Assembly (NCBI GenBank): GCA_963666975.2
Contig: CAXVYR010000003.1
Span: 896,001 to 960,000, forward strand
Reading direction: 5' to 3'
DNA length: 64,000 bases
From: Terriglobia bacterium
GTDB taxonomy: Bacteria > Acidobacteriota > Terriglobia > 2-12-FULL-54-10
The translations under genes and the position numbers were made by a program. Under the pieces are notes generated by a model, which was given only the letters and a program-made list of their open reading frames with translations, had not been told where the DNA came from and ran no database searches. Each line of letters starts with the position of its first letter. Position 1 is the first letter of the stretch. Positions 21,768 to 29,636 of this stretch are shown here, piece by piece.

Positions 21768-21797
21768 ATTATAGAGGTCTCAACGGACCGGCGTCAA
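21768..21797 (-). promoter_or_regulatory. Putative sigma70 promoter of the rplU operon
   Basis: Minus strand TTGACG-18 nt-TATAAT about 115 bp upstream of rplU. Confidence 0.55.
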
Positions 21798-21872
21798 ATG
21801 CGAAGCTGTGGCGGGGAAGCGGCTGGGGGAAATAATGGGGGTGAGATCTGCATGGCCGAGCGCGCCAGCGGC

Positions 21873-21953
21873 GACTGCTGCGCAGACTGATTTAGCGCGA
21901 ACGCGCTAAGCCGTGGAGGAGTTGCCAAAACATAAAATTTGTCGGCGGCAGCC
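21873..21953. repeat. CTGCTGCGCAGAC...GGCGGCAGCC MITE-like element
   Basis: Homologs at 23846, 25758, 26514, 29820; abuts the TPR gene stop codon. Confidence 0.65.
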
Positions 21954-23060
21954 TTAGCGGCTGGCGGTCAGGCTTCGTGCGCGATCTCCTATCTGTTTCG
22001 CCTGTTCGGTCTCGCCCATCCGCGTGTACACTTCTGCCAGGTTTTCCAGCGGCACCGCCAAGTTCGGGTGCTCTGGTCCAAGGGCAGTCTCCGCGATCGC
22101 GAGCACCCGATGGAAGAGCGTCTCCGCTTCCCGGTAGTTGCCTTGCTCCTGGTAGAACACCGCAAAGTTGCTCAGCGTCGTGACCAACTCCGGATGCTGG
22201 CTGCCGTACACCTTTTCCTTGATAGCGAGAGCTTGTTGAAACAGCTTTTCGGCCTGTTCCGGCTTGCTCTGGGCTGCGTAAAGCAGCGCTTGGTTGTTGA
22301 GGTTCATTGCGATGATCGGATGATCCCGCCCGTGCTGTTTTTGGTCAATTTCCAGCGCCTTCCGGTAGAGCGGTTCCGCCAGCGGAAATGCGCCCCGCAC
22401 CCGGTATAGCTCGGCCAGGTTGTTCATGCAGGCCGCCACCAACGGATGATCCATCCCCAGCGCATTCCCGTAGATTCCCAGGGCGCGCTGATAGAGCGGC
22501 TCCGCTTGCTCCAGCTTGTTTTGCGCGGCGTAGAGGAGCGCCAGATTGTTCAACGCCTGCGCCAGGTCGGGATGTTCCGGTCCCAGAAACTTTTCCCGGA
22601 TGCTGATCGCCCTCTGGTACATCGGCTCGGCCGCGCCGTAATCCGCCTGCATCCGGCTCATCTCGCCCAGATTGTTCAGCGTGGTCGCCACCAGCGGGTT
22701 GTCCGGGCCCACCGCCGCCTCGGCAATCCGCAGGGCGCGCTCGTAGAGCGGCTTGGCTTCGGCAAACTGGCCGATCAGCCGGTGCATCTCCGCAAGATTA
22801 TTCAGGCTGATGGCCAGATTGGGATGCTCCACCCCAAAGGTCACTTCCGCAATCCGCGCCGCCTCGGCAGCGATGGGAATCCCTTCGGCGTAGCCGCCGC
22901 CCTCGTACAGGTCATACAGTTGTTGGTTGAGCCCATCCCACTGGCTTTTTTGCGCCCAAAGGCTCGAAACAAAAACAGCACTGGAGAAAAGGACCAGAAG
23001 GAAAGTTAGCCGACAATATTTTTGTATCATTGCAGTCAATCTAGCAAAGCGGAGGAACAA
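21954..23060 (-). CDS. Secreted TPR protein (kinesin-light-chain-type repeats)
   Basis: Repeated GxEHPxLAxxLNNLAxxY...AEPLYxRAL; N-terminal signal. Confidence 0.9.
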   Translation of the reverse strand: MFLRFARLTAMIQKYCRLTFLLVLFSSAVFVSSLWAQKSQWDGLNQQLYDLYEGGGYAEGIPIAAEAARIAEVTFGVEHPNLAISLNNLAEMHRLIGQFAEAKPLYERALRIAEAAVGPDNPLVATTLNNLGEMSRMQADYGAAEPMYQRAISIREKFLGPEHPDLAQALNNLALLYAAQNKLEQAEPLYQRALGIYGNALGMDHPLVAACMNNLAELYRVRGAFPLAEPLYRKALEIDQKQHGRDHPIIAMNLNNQALLYAAQSKPEQAEKLFQQALAIKEKVYGSQHPELVTTLSNFAVFYQEQGNYREAETLFHRVLAIAETALGPEHPNLAVPLENLAEVYTRMGETEQAKQIGDRARSLTASR

Positions 23061-23261
23061 ACAAGCCCCGAAGTGGGCGTGGCTTTCTGCTTGCCATATT
23101 AGTTACCCCTCCCCTGAGCGCGCTCGTAGTCGGCTCCCTCGGGATCTTCGTCTCGCTCGGATCGATCCGCTTTCTCGCTCTCCTCGGCATCTGCGGGCTG
23201 TTCGCAATCATCGGGATAGTTTTCTTGCTCCCAAATTCCCTATCGCTGAAACTCGGCTTGT

Positions 23262-24707
23262 ATGACGAAGCGAGAGAGCAAAACAGGAAACGAGAAAACG
23301 ATGCGAAACGAAGAAAGCAGCAACAACCTTCCCCTGGCCTCGGTCCTCCTTCCCGATCCCGGCAAGCCCATTGCGGAACAGGAACTCGCAGTTCTTCTCG
23401 CCATGTGCCTGTTCGGCGAGGCGCGGGGCGAGAGCGACCTGGCTCGCCGGGCCGTGGCGCAACTGCTGCTGAACCGTGCGAGAACCCCCCGGCGCGCCTT
23501 TGGCTCCAAACCCGGAGCGGACTTTGCGGAAAATCTCCGCCGCGTGATCCTGCAACCTTGGCAGTTTTCCTGCTTCAACCCGGGCGACGCCAATCGCGCG
23601 AAATTGCTGCATCCGCTCGATCACGAGGAGCCTCAAGTATGGGAGCGCTGCTTCCGTTGCGCCCAGCAAGCTCTGCAAGCCGGTGATTACAACGCGCAAC
23701 ATAACGCGGACCCGCGCGACGAGCTGACTGCGAACAGCGATCATTACTTCGACGATTCCATCCAACCACCCGCCTGGGCTGACCCTTCCAAGCAAACCGT
23801 GAAGATCGGGCGGCTGAATTTCTACCGCCTCTACCTGTCTCCGCCGGCTGCTGCGCAGACTGACGACTCCGTCGGCCAGTATGGCGCGAGCGCGCACTCT
23901 GCGGCGTTTCTCGAAAAAAGTGAAACTGCCGGCGGCAACCCGCGAGCGCGCCAAGCCGGGAAGAAGCTGCCAAGCCGTGAAGTAGCCGGCGACAGCCCCT
24001 GGAAAGGCGCTGTAGCAGCGGCAACCTTGCCGGGGACATCCTCTTCCGGTTCCCTCCTCACAACGGGCCTCCCTTCTCCGCATCTCCCGGACACCAGCAA
24101 CATCCGCCCGGGACCGTCTCAGCGGCATAAGCGGAAAGGGAGGCTCGCCGCCTTTGTCCTCATGCTGCTCGCGCCGTTCCGCTCGGTGCGGCACAGCGGC
24201 CAGCGAGGCAAACTGGGGATAGCTGCGGCATTGAGCTTGACTCTGCTGCTCGCCGCTTGCACTGACCTGGAGCGCGCTGCCTACCAGACACTGGCCGTAA
24301 CCCGTGCGGAGTACGAGACCGTCCAGCGTCACGTTGCCGAGGCCGCGGTACACGGGCTCATCACCACCCAGCAGTGGAATCGCTTTCAAGCCGAAGGCCA
24401 TCGCTTCATCGACGCGCACAACACCGCCGCCGATGCGTTCGCCCTTTGGAGCACGATGAAAACGGACGGAGACGCCGCACGCTTGGAAGCGATGCTTCAA
24501 ATCCTCCCCCGGCTGATCCGTGAGATCAACCGCCTCGTGGAGAGCTTCCAGGAAAAACCGGGGTCGGGAGTAAACAGTCAGGAGCCGATGGCCGGAAGTG
24601 CGCTAGTGCTGCCACCGGCAAAAACGCCTGTCCCAAGCTTGGTGAAACAAAGTTTTGTGAAACAAAGACTGATTAAACAAAGACTGGTGAAACAACGATG
24701 GCTTTGA
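23262..24707 (+). CDS. SleB/Hydrolase_2-type endolysin, in frame with a downstream lipoprotein-like domain
   Basis: LFGEARGE, AVAQLLLNR, QPWQFSCFN, DHYF, PAWA, IGRLNFY; lipobox LLLAAC late in the ORF. Confidence 0.75.
   Translation: MTKRESKTGNEKTMRNEESSNNLPLASVLLPDPGKPIAEQELAVLLAMCLFGEARGESDLARRAVAQLLLNRARTPRRAFGSKPGADFAENLRRVILQPWQFSCFNPGDANRAKLLHPLDHEEPQVWERCFRCAQQALQAGDYNAQHNADPRDELTANSDHYFDDSIQPPAWADPSKQTVKIGRLNFYRLYLSPPAAAQTDDSVGQYGASAHSAAFLEKSETAGGNPRARQAGKKLPSREVAGDSPWKGAVAAATLPGTSSSGSLLTTGLPSPHLPDTSNIRPGPSQRHKRKGRLAAFVLMLLAPFRSVRHSGQRGKLGIAAALSLTLLLAACTDLERAAYQTLAVTRAEYETVQRHVAEAAVHGLITTQQWNRFQAEGHRFIDAHNTAADAFALWSTMKTDGDAARLEAMLQILPRLIREINRLVESFQEKPGSGVNSQEPMAGSALVLPPAKTPVPSLVKQSFVKQRLIKQRLVKQRWL
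24639..24698 (+). repeat. 15-bp tandem repeat x4 (encodes xxKQx)
   Basis: ttggtgaaacaaagt tttgtgaaacaaaga ctgattaaacaaaga ctggtgaaacaacga. Confidence 0.85.
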
Positions 24708-24890
24708 GCGAAAAACAATTGCAATTGATCGAGGAAGGTATCCGCCTGGCGCTGGCTGCCGTATTGGCGGCGGTCCGGGCAGCCGGTGATGACCGAGGAG
24801 ATTGACTGGAACTCGGTGCGGATCACCGAGACGCCGGAGATGGCTCTGGCAAGGGCGCGCCGCGCGAAGCAACTGCGGCCGGCAGATTAA
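24698..24890 (+). pseudogene. Small hypothetical lysis-region protein, apparently frameshifted
   Basis: MALSEKQLQLIEEGIRLALAAVLAAVRAAG then EEIDWNSVRITETPEMALARA in another frame. Confidence 0.45.
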
Positions 24891-24913
24891 CGGCTCTTCC
24901 AAGCCGCAACTAA

Positions 24914-24940
24914 TCTGAGCCGCGACCGCAAGGGAGCGGT
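24914..24940 (+). repeat. REP-like unit GAGCCGCGACCGCAAGGGAGCGG
   Basis: Same motif at 27131-27206, 28072-28099, 28197-28272 and inverted near 62162-62189. Confidence 0.8.
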
Positions 24941-24970
24941 CCCTGCTTAAAACGGAAACGGCGAGTAAGA

Positions 24971-25456
24971 ATGCTTGCCCAAACACAGAAGACGGCAATG
25001 AATCAGCAACCCATCCCGCAACCCATCCCGCAACCGGCCTCCCCCGGCCTCGTCTCCGGCGGCCTCAAAAAAGCCGCCGGACCGGCAGCCGGAGCCGTTG
25101 TCGGCACCTCGGTCATTGTCCTGCTGGTGGAGCTGGCCCGTTCGGGCGCGCTGGCGCAATACGCGGACTTGCTCGCGCCGCTTCTCGGATGGGGACCCGG
25201 ACTGTTCATCCTGATGGGCTTCCTCTGGCTGGCGCACAGCTACGCGCCCCCGCTGATCGAATCTCAGCGCTCCACCGCCACGGCCTTGCAGAAGCTCGCC
25301 GACACGGTGGAATACAACGCCGGCAGCCAGCACGATCTGGTGCTGGCCATGCAAGTGAACTCGGACAAACTCGAGCAGGTGCGCAACACCGTTGCCGACC
25401 TGCAAGATCACGTACAGCAACTGAAGGAGGAGTGGCGTAATGGCCGAACGCAGTGA
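24971..25456 (+). CDS. Two-TM plus coiled-coil protein (holin-like or Mu gp25-like)
   Basis: Two hydrophobic helices then a heptad tail; lies between lysin and packaging genes. Confidence 0.5.
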   Translation: MLAQTQKTAMNQQPIPQPIPQPASPGLVSGGLKKAAGPAAGAVVGTSVIVLLVELARSGALAQYADLLAPLLGWGPGLFILMGFLWLAHSYAPPLIESQRSTATALQKLADTVEYNAGSQHDLVLAMQVNSDKLEQVRNTVADLQDHVQQLKEEWRNGRTQ

Positions 25457-25757
25457 GCCAAGACCTTCTTTGAAGCACGACTTCCGGCGGGGGGAAATCG
25501 TCTGGGTGCTGAAGCAGGACTATCCCCACATGGTCACCTTCCGCCACCTGCAACTGGCTTTGCGGGACCGCAACATCCCTCTCTCGCAAAGGGACATGGA
25601 AGGCTATCTCAGTTATCTCGAGGAGGGCGGCTTCGTGCGCTGCAAGCGGCGCTACGACGAGAAGGAGTCGCGCGACAGGATTCTGGCTGCTTCGCTCACC
25701 GGACGCGGGATTCTGCTGCTCGACAAAAAAATTACCGACGCCGGAGTGCGCTTCTAA
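25440..25757 (+). CDS. Small winged-helix protein (Mu gp26-like position)
   Basis: RRGEIVWVL...YLSYLEEGGFV...SLTGRGILLL pattern; synteny. Confidence 0.6.
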   Translation: MAERSEPRPSLKHDFRRGEIVWVLKQDYPHMVTFRHLQLALRDRNIPLSQRDMEGYLSYLEEGGFVRCKRRYDEKESRDRILAASLTGRGILLLDKKITDAGVRF

Positions 25758-25868
25758 CTGCTGCGCAGACTGACTTGCGCGAGCGCGCCAAGTCACGAGG
25801 AGTTGCCAAAACGGGTAGCGGCCTACGAGAACTCAGCACCGCAAGGATCGAATCCTTAAATAAAATGA

Positions 25869-26513
25869 ATGCCCAAACAGCAACAATTCGCCGTCGAGAA
25901 GCTGAGCGAGGCTGCGCAAGCTCTCATGCACCAGATACTCGACCAGCAGGCATCGCCCAAATCCATTGCCCGCGCCTTGCGGGAGCGGACCGGAAAACAC
26001 ATCTCCTCTGCGGCGATTACCCGTTACGCCGCCGATTACTGGGAGCAGCAACAGAAACGGCAGCAGGCGCGACAGCGGACCGACGCCTTGATCGAACGGG
26101 CCCGGCAGCAAGGTTACGAAATCTCCGCGTTGCTGCGCGCGGCGGTTCTCGAAGCATTTACTCAAACCCGCCGCAACGGCCCTCTCAAGAAAATCAGCCC
26201 GCTGCAACTGGAGTCCGCCGAGCGGAAGCGGAGGGAGCTGGCGCTCAAGGAAGAACAGGTGTGGCTCACCGGACGGCGCGTGAAAGTCTTCGAGCAAGGC
26301 TGGGAACTCAAGCGCAAAAAGGCGCAAGCGGATTTCAAAAAGCTCGACCGCAAAGCGAAGCTGGGCGAATCGCTGACAGCCGGCGACGTGAGACGAATCC
26401 GGGAGATTTACGAGATCTATGACGAATGGCAGCCGGAACCAGACGAGACCGCAACGGATGAAACCTATGGAAACTCGCAAGAAATCGAAGCCAGTGAAAT
26501 CCCGAAAGCCTAA
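25869..26513 (+). CDS. DUF3486/Mu gp27-like protein, probable small terminase
   Basis: FAVEKL...ISSAAITRY HTH; ends IREIY; directly precedes TerL. Confidence 0.7.
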   Translation: MPKQQQFAVEKLSEAAQALMHQILDQQASPKSIARALRERTGKHISSAAITRYAADYWEQQQKRQQARQRTDALIERARQQGYEISALLRAAVLEAFTQTRRNGPLKKISPLQLESAERKRRELALKEEQVWLTGRRVKVFEQGWELKRKKAQADFKKLDRKAKLGESLTAGDVRRIREIYEIYDEWQPEPDETATDETYGNSQEIEASEIPKA

Positions 26514-28152
26514 GGCTGCTGCGCAGACTCCTTCAGCGCGAGCACTCACGCAGCGGCAGTTCCCGAAAAACGCGAAATTGCCGGCGGCAGTCCCTCTTTA
26601 TCCTTACCAGAAGCGATGGGTCATGGACGACTCGCGCTTCAAGATTGCGGTCAAGTCCACTCAAATCGGCTTCAGCTTTGCCGCCGCGCTCGAAGCCGTG
26701 CTGGACTGCCTCGAAAAGCGGACCCTCTGGATCGTCCTCTCGCGCGGAGATCGTCAGTCGCTGGAGTTTATGCAGAAAGTTCAACAGCATACGAAAGTGT
26801 TGCAGATTGCCATCTCCATGCTCGAAACAGCTTTCTTTGATAGCGCGACCATCCGGAAGCGCGAGGTGAAATTCCCCAACGGCTCGCGCATCATCGCCCT
26901 GCCTGCCAACCCGGCCACGGCGCGCGGCTATACCGGCAATATGATCCTCGACGAGTTTGCTTTCCATCAGCAGGACCGTGAGATTTGGGCCGCCGCCTTC
27001 GGCCGCGTCTCGCGGGGCAACCTGAAGCTGCGCGTTATCTCAACCCCCAACGGTCGACGCGGAAAATTTTTTGAGCTTGCCCAGGAAGCCGGCCTCGCCG
27101 ATGGCGCTCCCGGCAGTCCCCCAACGCCGAATCCGAGCCGCGACCAATCCGAGCCGCGCGCGTCAGCAAGCGGACATAATCCGAGCCGCGACCGCGAGGG
27201 AGCGGTCACTCCCTCCGGCAAAAGACAAGACACAAGCCTCTGGTCCGGGCACTGGTGCGACGTGCATACGGCGGTCCGCCAGGGCTGCCCTATCGATCCG
27301 CAGATGTTGCGTCAGGCCATCGGGGACACCGAGACCTGGCAACAGGAATACGAGTGCATTTTCCTCTCCAACAGGCAGAACTACATCCCCATCGACCTGC
27401 TTGTCGAGTGCGAGCATCCGCAGGCCACCTCATCGCTTCCCGCTGATTGGCAACCAAGTCCCAACCGGGAGTGCTACTTCGGCTATGACGTGGGCCGCGT
27501 GCACGACCTTGCCGTTGTGGCTCTGGTCGAAAAAGTCGGCGATGTCTTTTGGACGCGCGCTCTGCTGGAGATGCCCAACACCAAATTCTCTGCCCAGGAA
27601 AAGGCTCTCAGCGATCTTGTCCCTTTCTGCTTGCGCGGCGCAGTGGATGCCACCGGCCTGGGGCGGGAGATGGCGGAGCGCCTGGCGGAAAAGTTCGCGG
27701 GGCGGGTCGAACCCGTGACCTTTACTGCGGCCGTCAAGCAGGAGATGGCCATACGCATGAAGCGGCATTTTGAGGAGCGCACCCTGCGGATTCCCGACAA
27801 CCGTCCTTTGCGCCGCGACCTGAACGCCGTCAAGCGCATCGTCACCTCGGCGGGCAACATTCGGTTTGACGCCGAGCGCACCGACGACGGACATGCCGAC
27901 CGCTTCTGGGCGCTGGCGCTGGCCCTGCACGCCGCCGGGCACGGCAGCCTCGCAGCCCCTGCCCTCGGGGCGCTCGATAGCGACCCCGAATGGTACGAGC
28001 CGCAGGAACGCAGCTCAATTTACGAGGAGACCGCAGAGCTGCGTCAGAGAACGGTTTCTACCTTGCCGCAAATCCGAGCCGCGACAGTAATGGAGCGGTC
28101 ATTCTCCGAGGCTTTTGCCGCCACAAGACCGAGAGGATTGTTATGGGCTTAA
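26467..28152 (+). CDS. Terminase large subunit, Mu gp28-like
   Basis: LYPYQKRW, KSTQIGFS, PANPATARG, ILDEFAFH, ISTPNG, WQQEYEC, GYDVGR..D, DATGLG, GHADRFWALAL. Confidence 0.95.
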   Translation: METRKKSKPVKSRKPKAAAQTPSARALTQRQFPKNAKLPAAVPLYPYQKRWVMDDSRFKIAVKSTQIGFSFAAALEAVLDCLEKRTLWIVLSRGDRQSLEFMQKVQQHTKVLQIAISMLETAFFDSATIRKREVKFPNGSRIIALPANPATARGYTGNMILDEFAFHQQDREIWAAAFGRVSRGNLKLRVISTPNGRRGKFFELAQEAGLADGAPGSPPTPNPSRDQSEPRASASGHNPSRDREGAVTPSGKRQDTSLWSGHWCDVHTAVRQGCPIDPQMLRQAIGDTETWQQEYECIFLSNRQNYIPIDLLVECEHPQATSSLPADWQPSPNRECYFGYDVGRVHDLAVVALVEKVGDVFWTRALLEMPNTKFSAQEKALSDLVPFCLRGAVDATGLGREMAERLAEKFAGRVEPVTFTAAVKQEMAIRMKRHFEERTLRIPDNRPLRRDLNAVKRIVTSAGNIRFDAERTDDGHADRFWALALALHAAGHGSLAAPALGALDSDPEWYEPQERSSIYEETAELRQRTVSTLPQIRAATVMERSFSEAFAATRPRGLLWA

Positions 28153-29636
28153 CCCTGCTCAATTTGCAAGACGCGCGCCGGGAAGCCGCCGCTGCTTCCG
28201 AGCCGCGACCCAATCCGAGCCGTGACCGTAAGGGAGCGGGTCACCGCCCGCTTGCTGACCCACGCGTCTCTGCGCGCGAAGCCGCCTCGCCGGCCTTGCT
28301 GCTGGGGCAGGACCCGGAAGGTTTCCGCCCCTACGGAATACACCGGCGCTTTGGCTCGGCTCTTACCTCGCGCGATCTCAACCCCGTTCTGCACGCTCGC
28401 ATGCAGCAGGTTGCCTACTACCTCTATCTGGTCAACCCGCTGGCCCATCGCATCGTGGAGTACACCAAGAACTATGTCGTCGGCGACGGCGTGTCGGTGA
28501 AGGCGGAAGACCCGGCGGTTGGGCGCGTAGTCGAATCCTTCTGGCAGGATTCGGTGAACTGCATGGACTTTTCCCTGCCGGAGTTTGTCAAAGAGCTTGC
28601 CATCTTCGGCGAGCAGTGCTGGCTGACGGCGGTGAACCCTCTGAGCGGGCGCGTGCGGCTGGCGTATTTGGACCCGGCTGAGATCGACGCCGTGGAGTGG
28701 GGGGAGCTGGCCGTCGGCGCGGACGCAGCGGGGGCGGGGGGCACGGTTTCCGTCCCTGTCGCCATCCTGCGCCGCCGTGCGCCGGGTGAAACCGAGCCGC
28801 GCCGCTTTCGCATCATCCGTATCGAGGAAGACCCGGAAAGTCCCGACTACGGCCGCCTGGTGGGAGAGTGTTTTTATTTTGCGGTCAACAAGGCGCGCAC
28901 CGCTTCGCGCGGCGTCAGCGACCTGTTTGCCATCGGGGATTACCTCGACGGCTACGACAAAATGCTCTTCGGCCTCATCGACCGCGTCGGCTTCTCGAAC
29001 GCCTTCATCTGGGACGTGCTGCTGAAGGGAGCCACGGAAGAGAACATTCAGCAGTGGCTGAAGGAGCAACGCCCGCCTCGTCCCGGCTCGGTGCGCGCTC
29101 ACAACGAACAGGTGGAATGGAAAACGGTAGCGCCCGACTTGAACGCCCAGGACTTCAATGAAGCGGCCCGCACCATCAAGAACATGAACCTGGCTGGCGC
29201 GGGATTTCCCGAGCACTGGTTTGCCGAGGGTGGAAACGTGAACCGCGCCTCCGCCCTGGAGATGGGCGATCCCACTTTGAAGACGCTGGTCGAGCGGCAG
29301 GGCTTTACCGCCTTCATGATCCGCCAAGTGATCGAGTTCGTCATCGACCAAGCCGTCGCGGCCGGCACACTCCCGGAAACGATAAACCGCAAGTTCCATG
29401 TGCAGATGCCCGAGCTGAGCGTGCGCGACATGGGCAAGGCCGCCCTGGCGCTCTCTCAGGTGGGAACCACGGCGATGGAGATGCGCCGCGCCCAACTGAT
29501 CGACACGGAATCGGCGCAGGAACTGGTGGCCTCGGTGGCCTTGCAACTCGGAGTGGAGATGGACCTGGAAGAGGTTCGACGCAGGCTGGCAGAAGTCGGC
29601 GGTCAGGAAGCAGGAGGCGAAATTGACAAGCGCTAA
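28143..29636 (+). CDS. Portal protein
   Basis: YLVNPLAHRIVE, YVVGDGV, ELAIFGE, RGVSDL; follows TerL. Confidence 0.85.
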   Translation: MGLTLLNLQDARREAAAASEPRPNPSRDRKGAGHRPLADPRVSAREAASPALLLGQDPEGFRPYGIHRRFGSALTSRDLNPVLHARMQQVAYYLYLVNPLAHRIVEYTKNYVVGDGVSVKAEDPAVGRVVESFWQDSVNCMDFSLPEFVKELAIFGEQCWLTAVNPLSGRVRLAYLDPAEIDAVEWGELAVGADAAGAGGTVSVPVAILRRRAPGETEPRRFRIIRIEEDPESPDYGRLVGECFYFAVNKARTASRGVSDLFAIGDYLDGYDKMLFGLIDRVGFSNAFIWDVLLKGATEENIQQWLKEQRPPRPGSVRAHNEQVEWKTVAPDLNAQDFNEAARTIKNMNLAGAGFPEHWFAEGGNVNRASALEMGDPTLKTLVERQGFTAFMIRQVIEFVIDQAVAAGTLPETINRKFHVQMPELSVRDMGKAALALSQVGTTAMEMRRAQLIDTESAQELVASVALQLGVEMDLEEVRRRLAEVGGQEAGGEIDKR

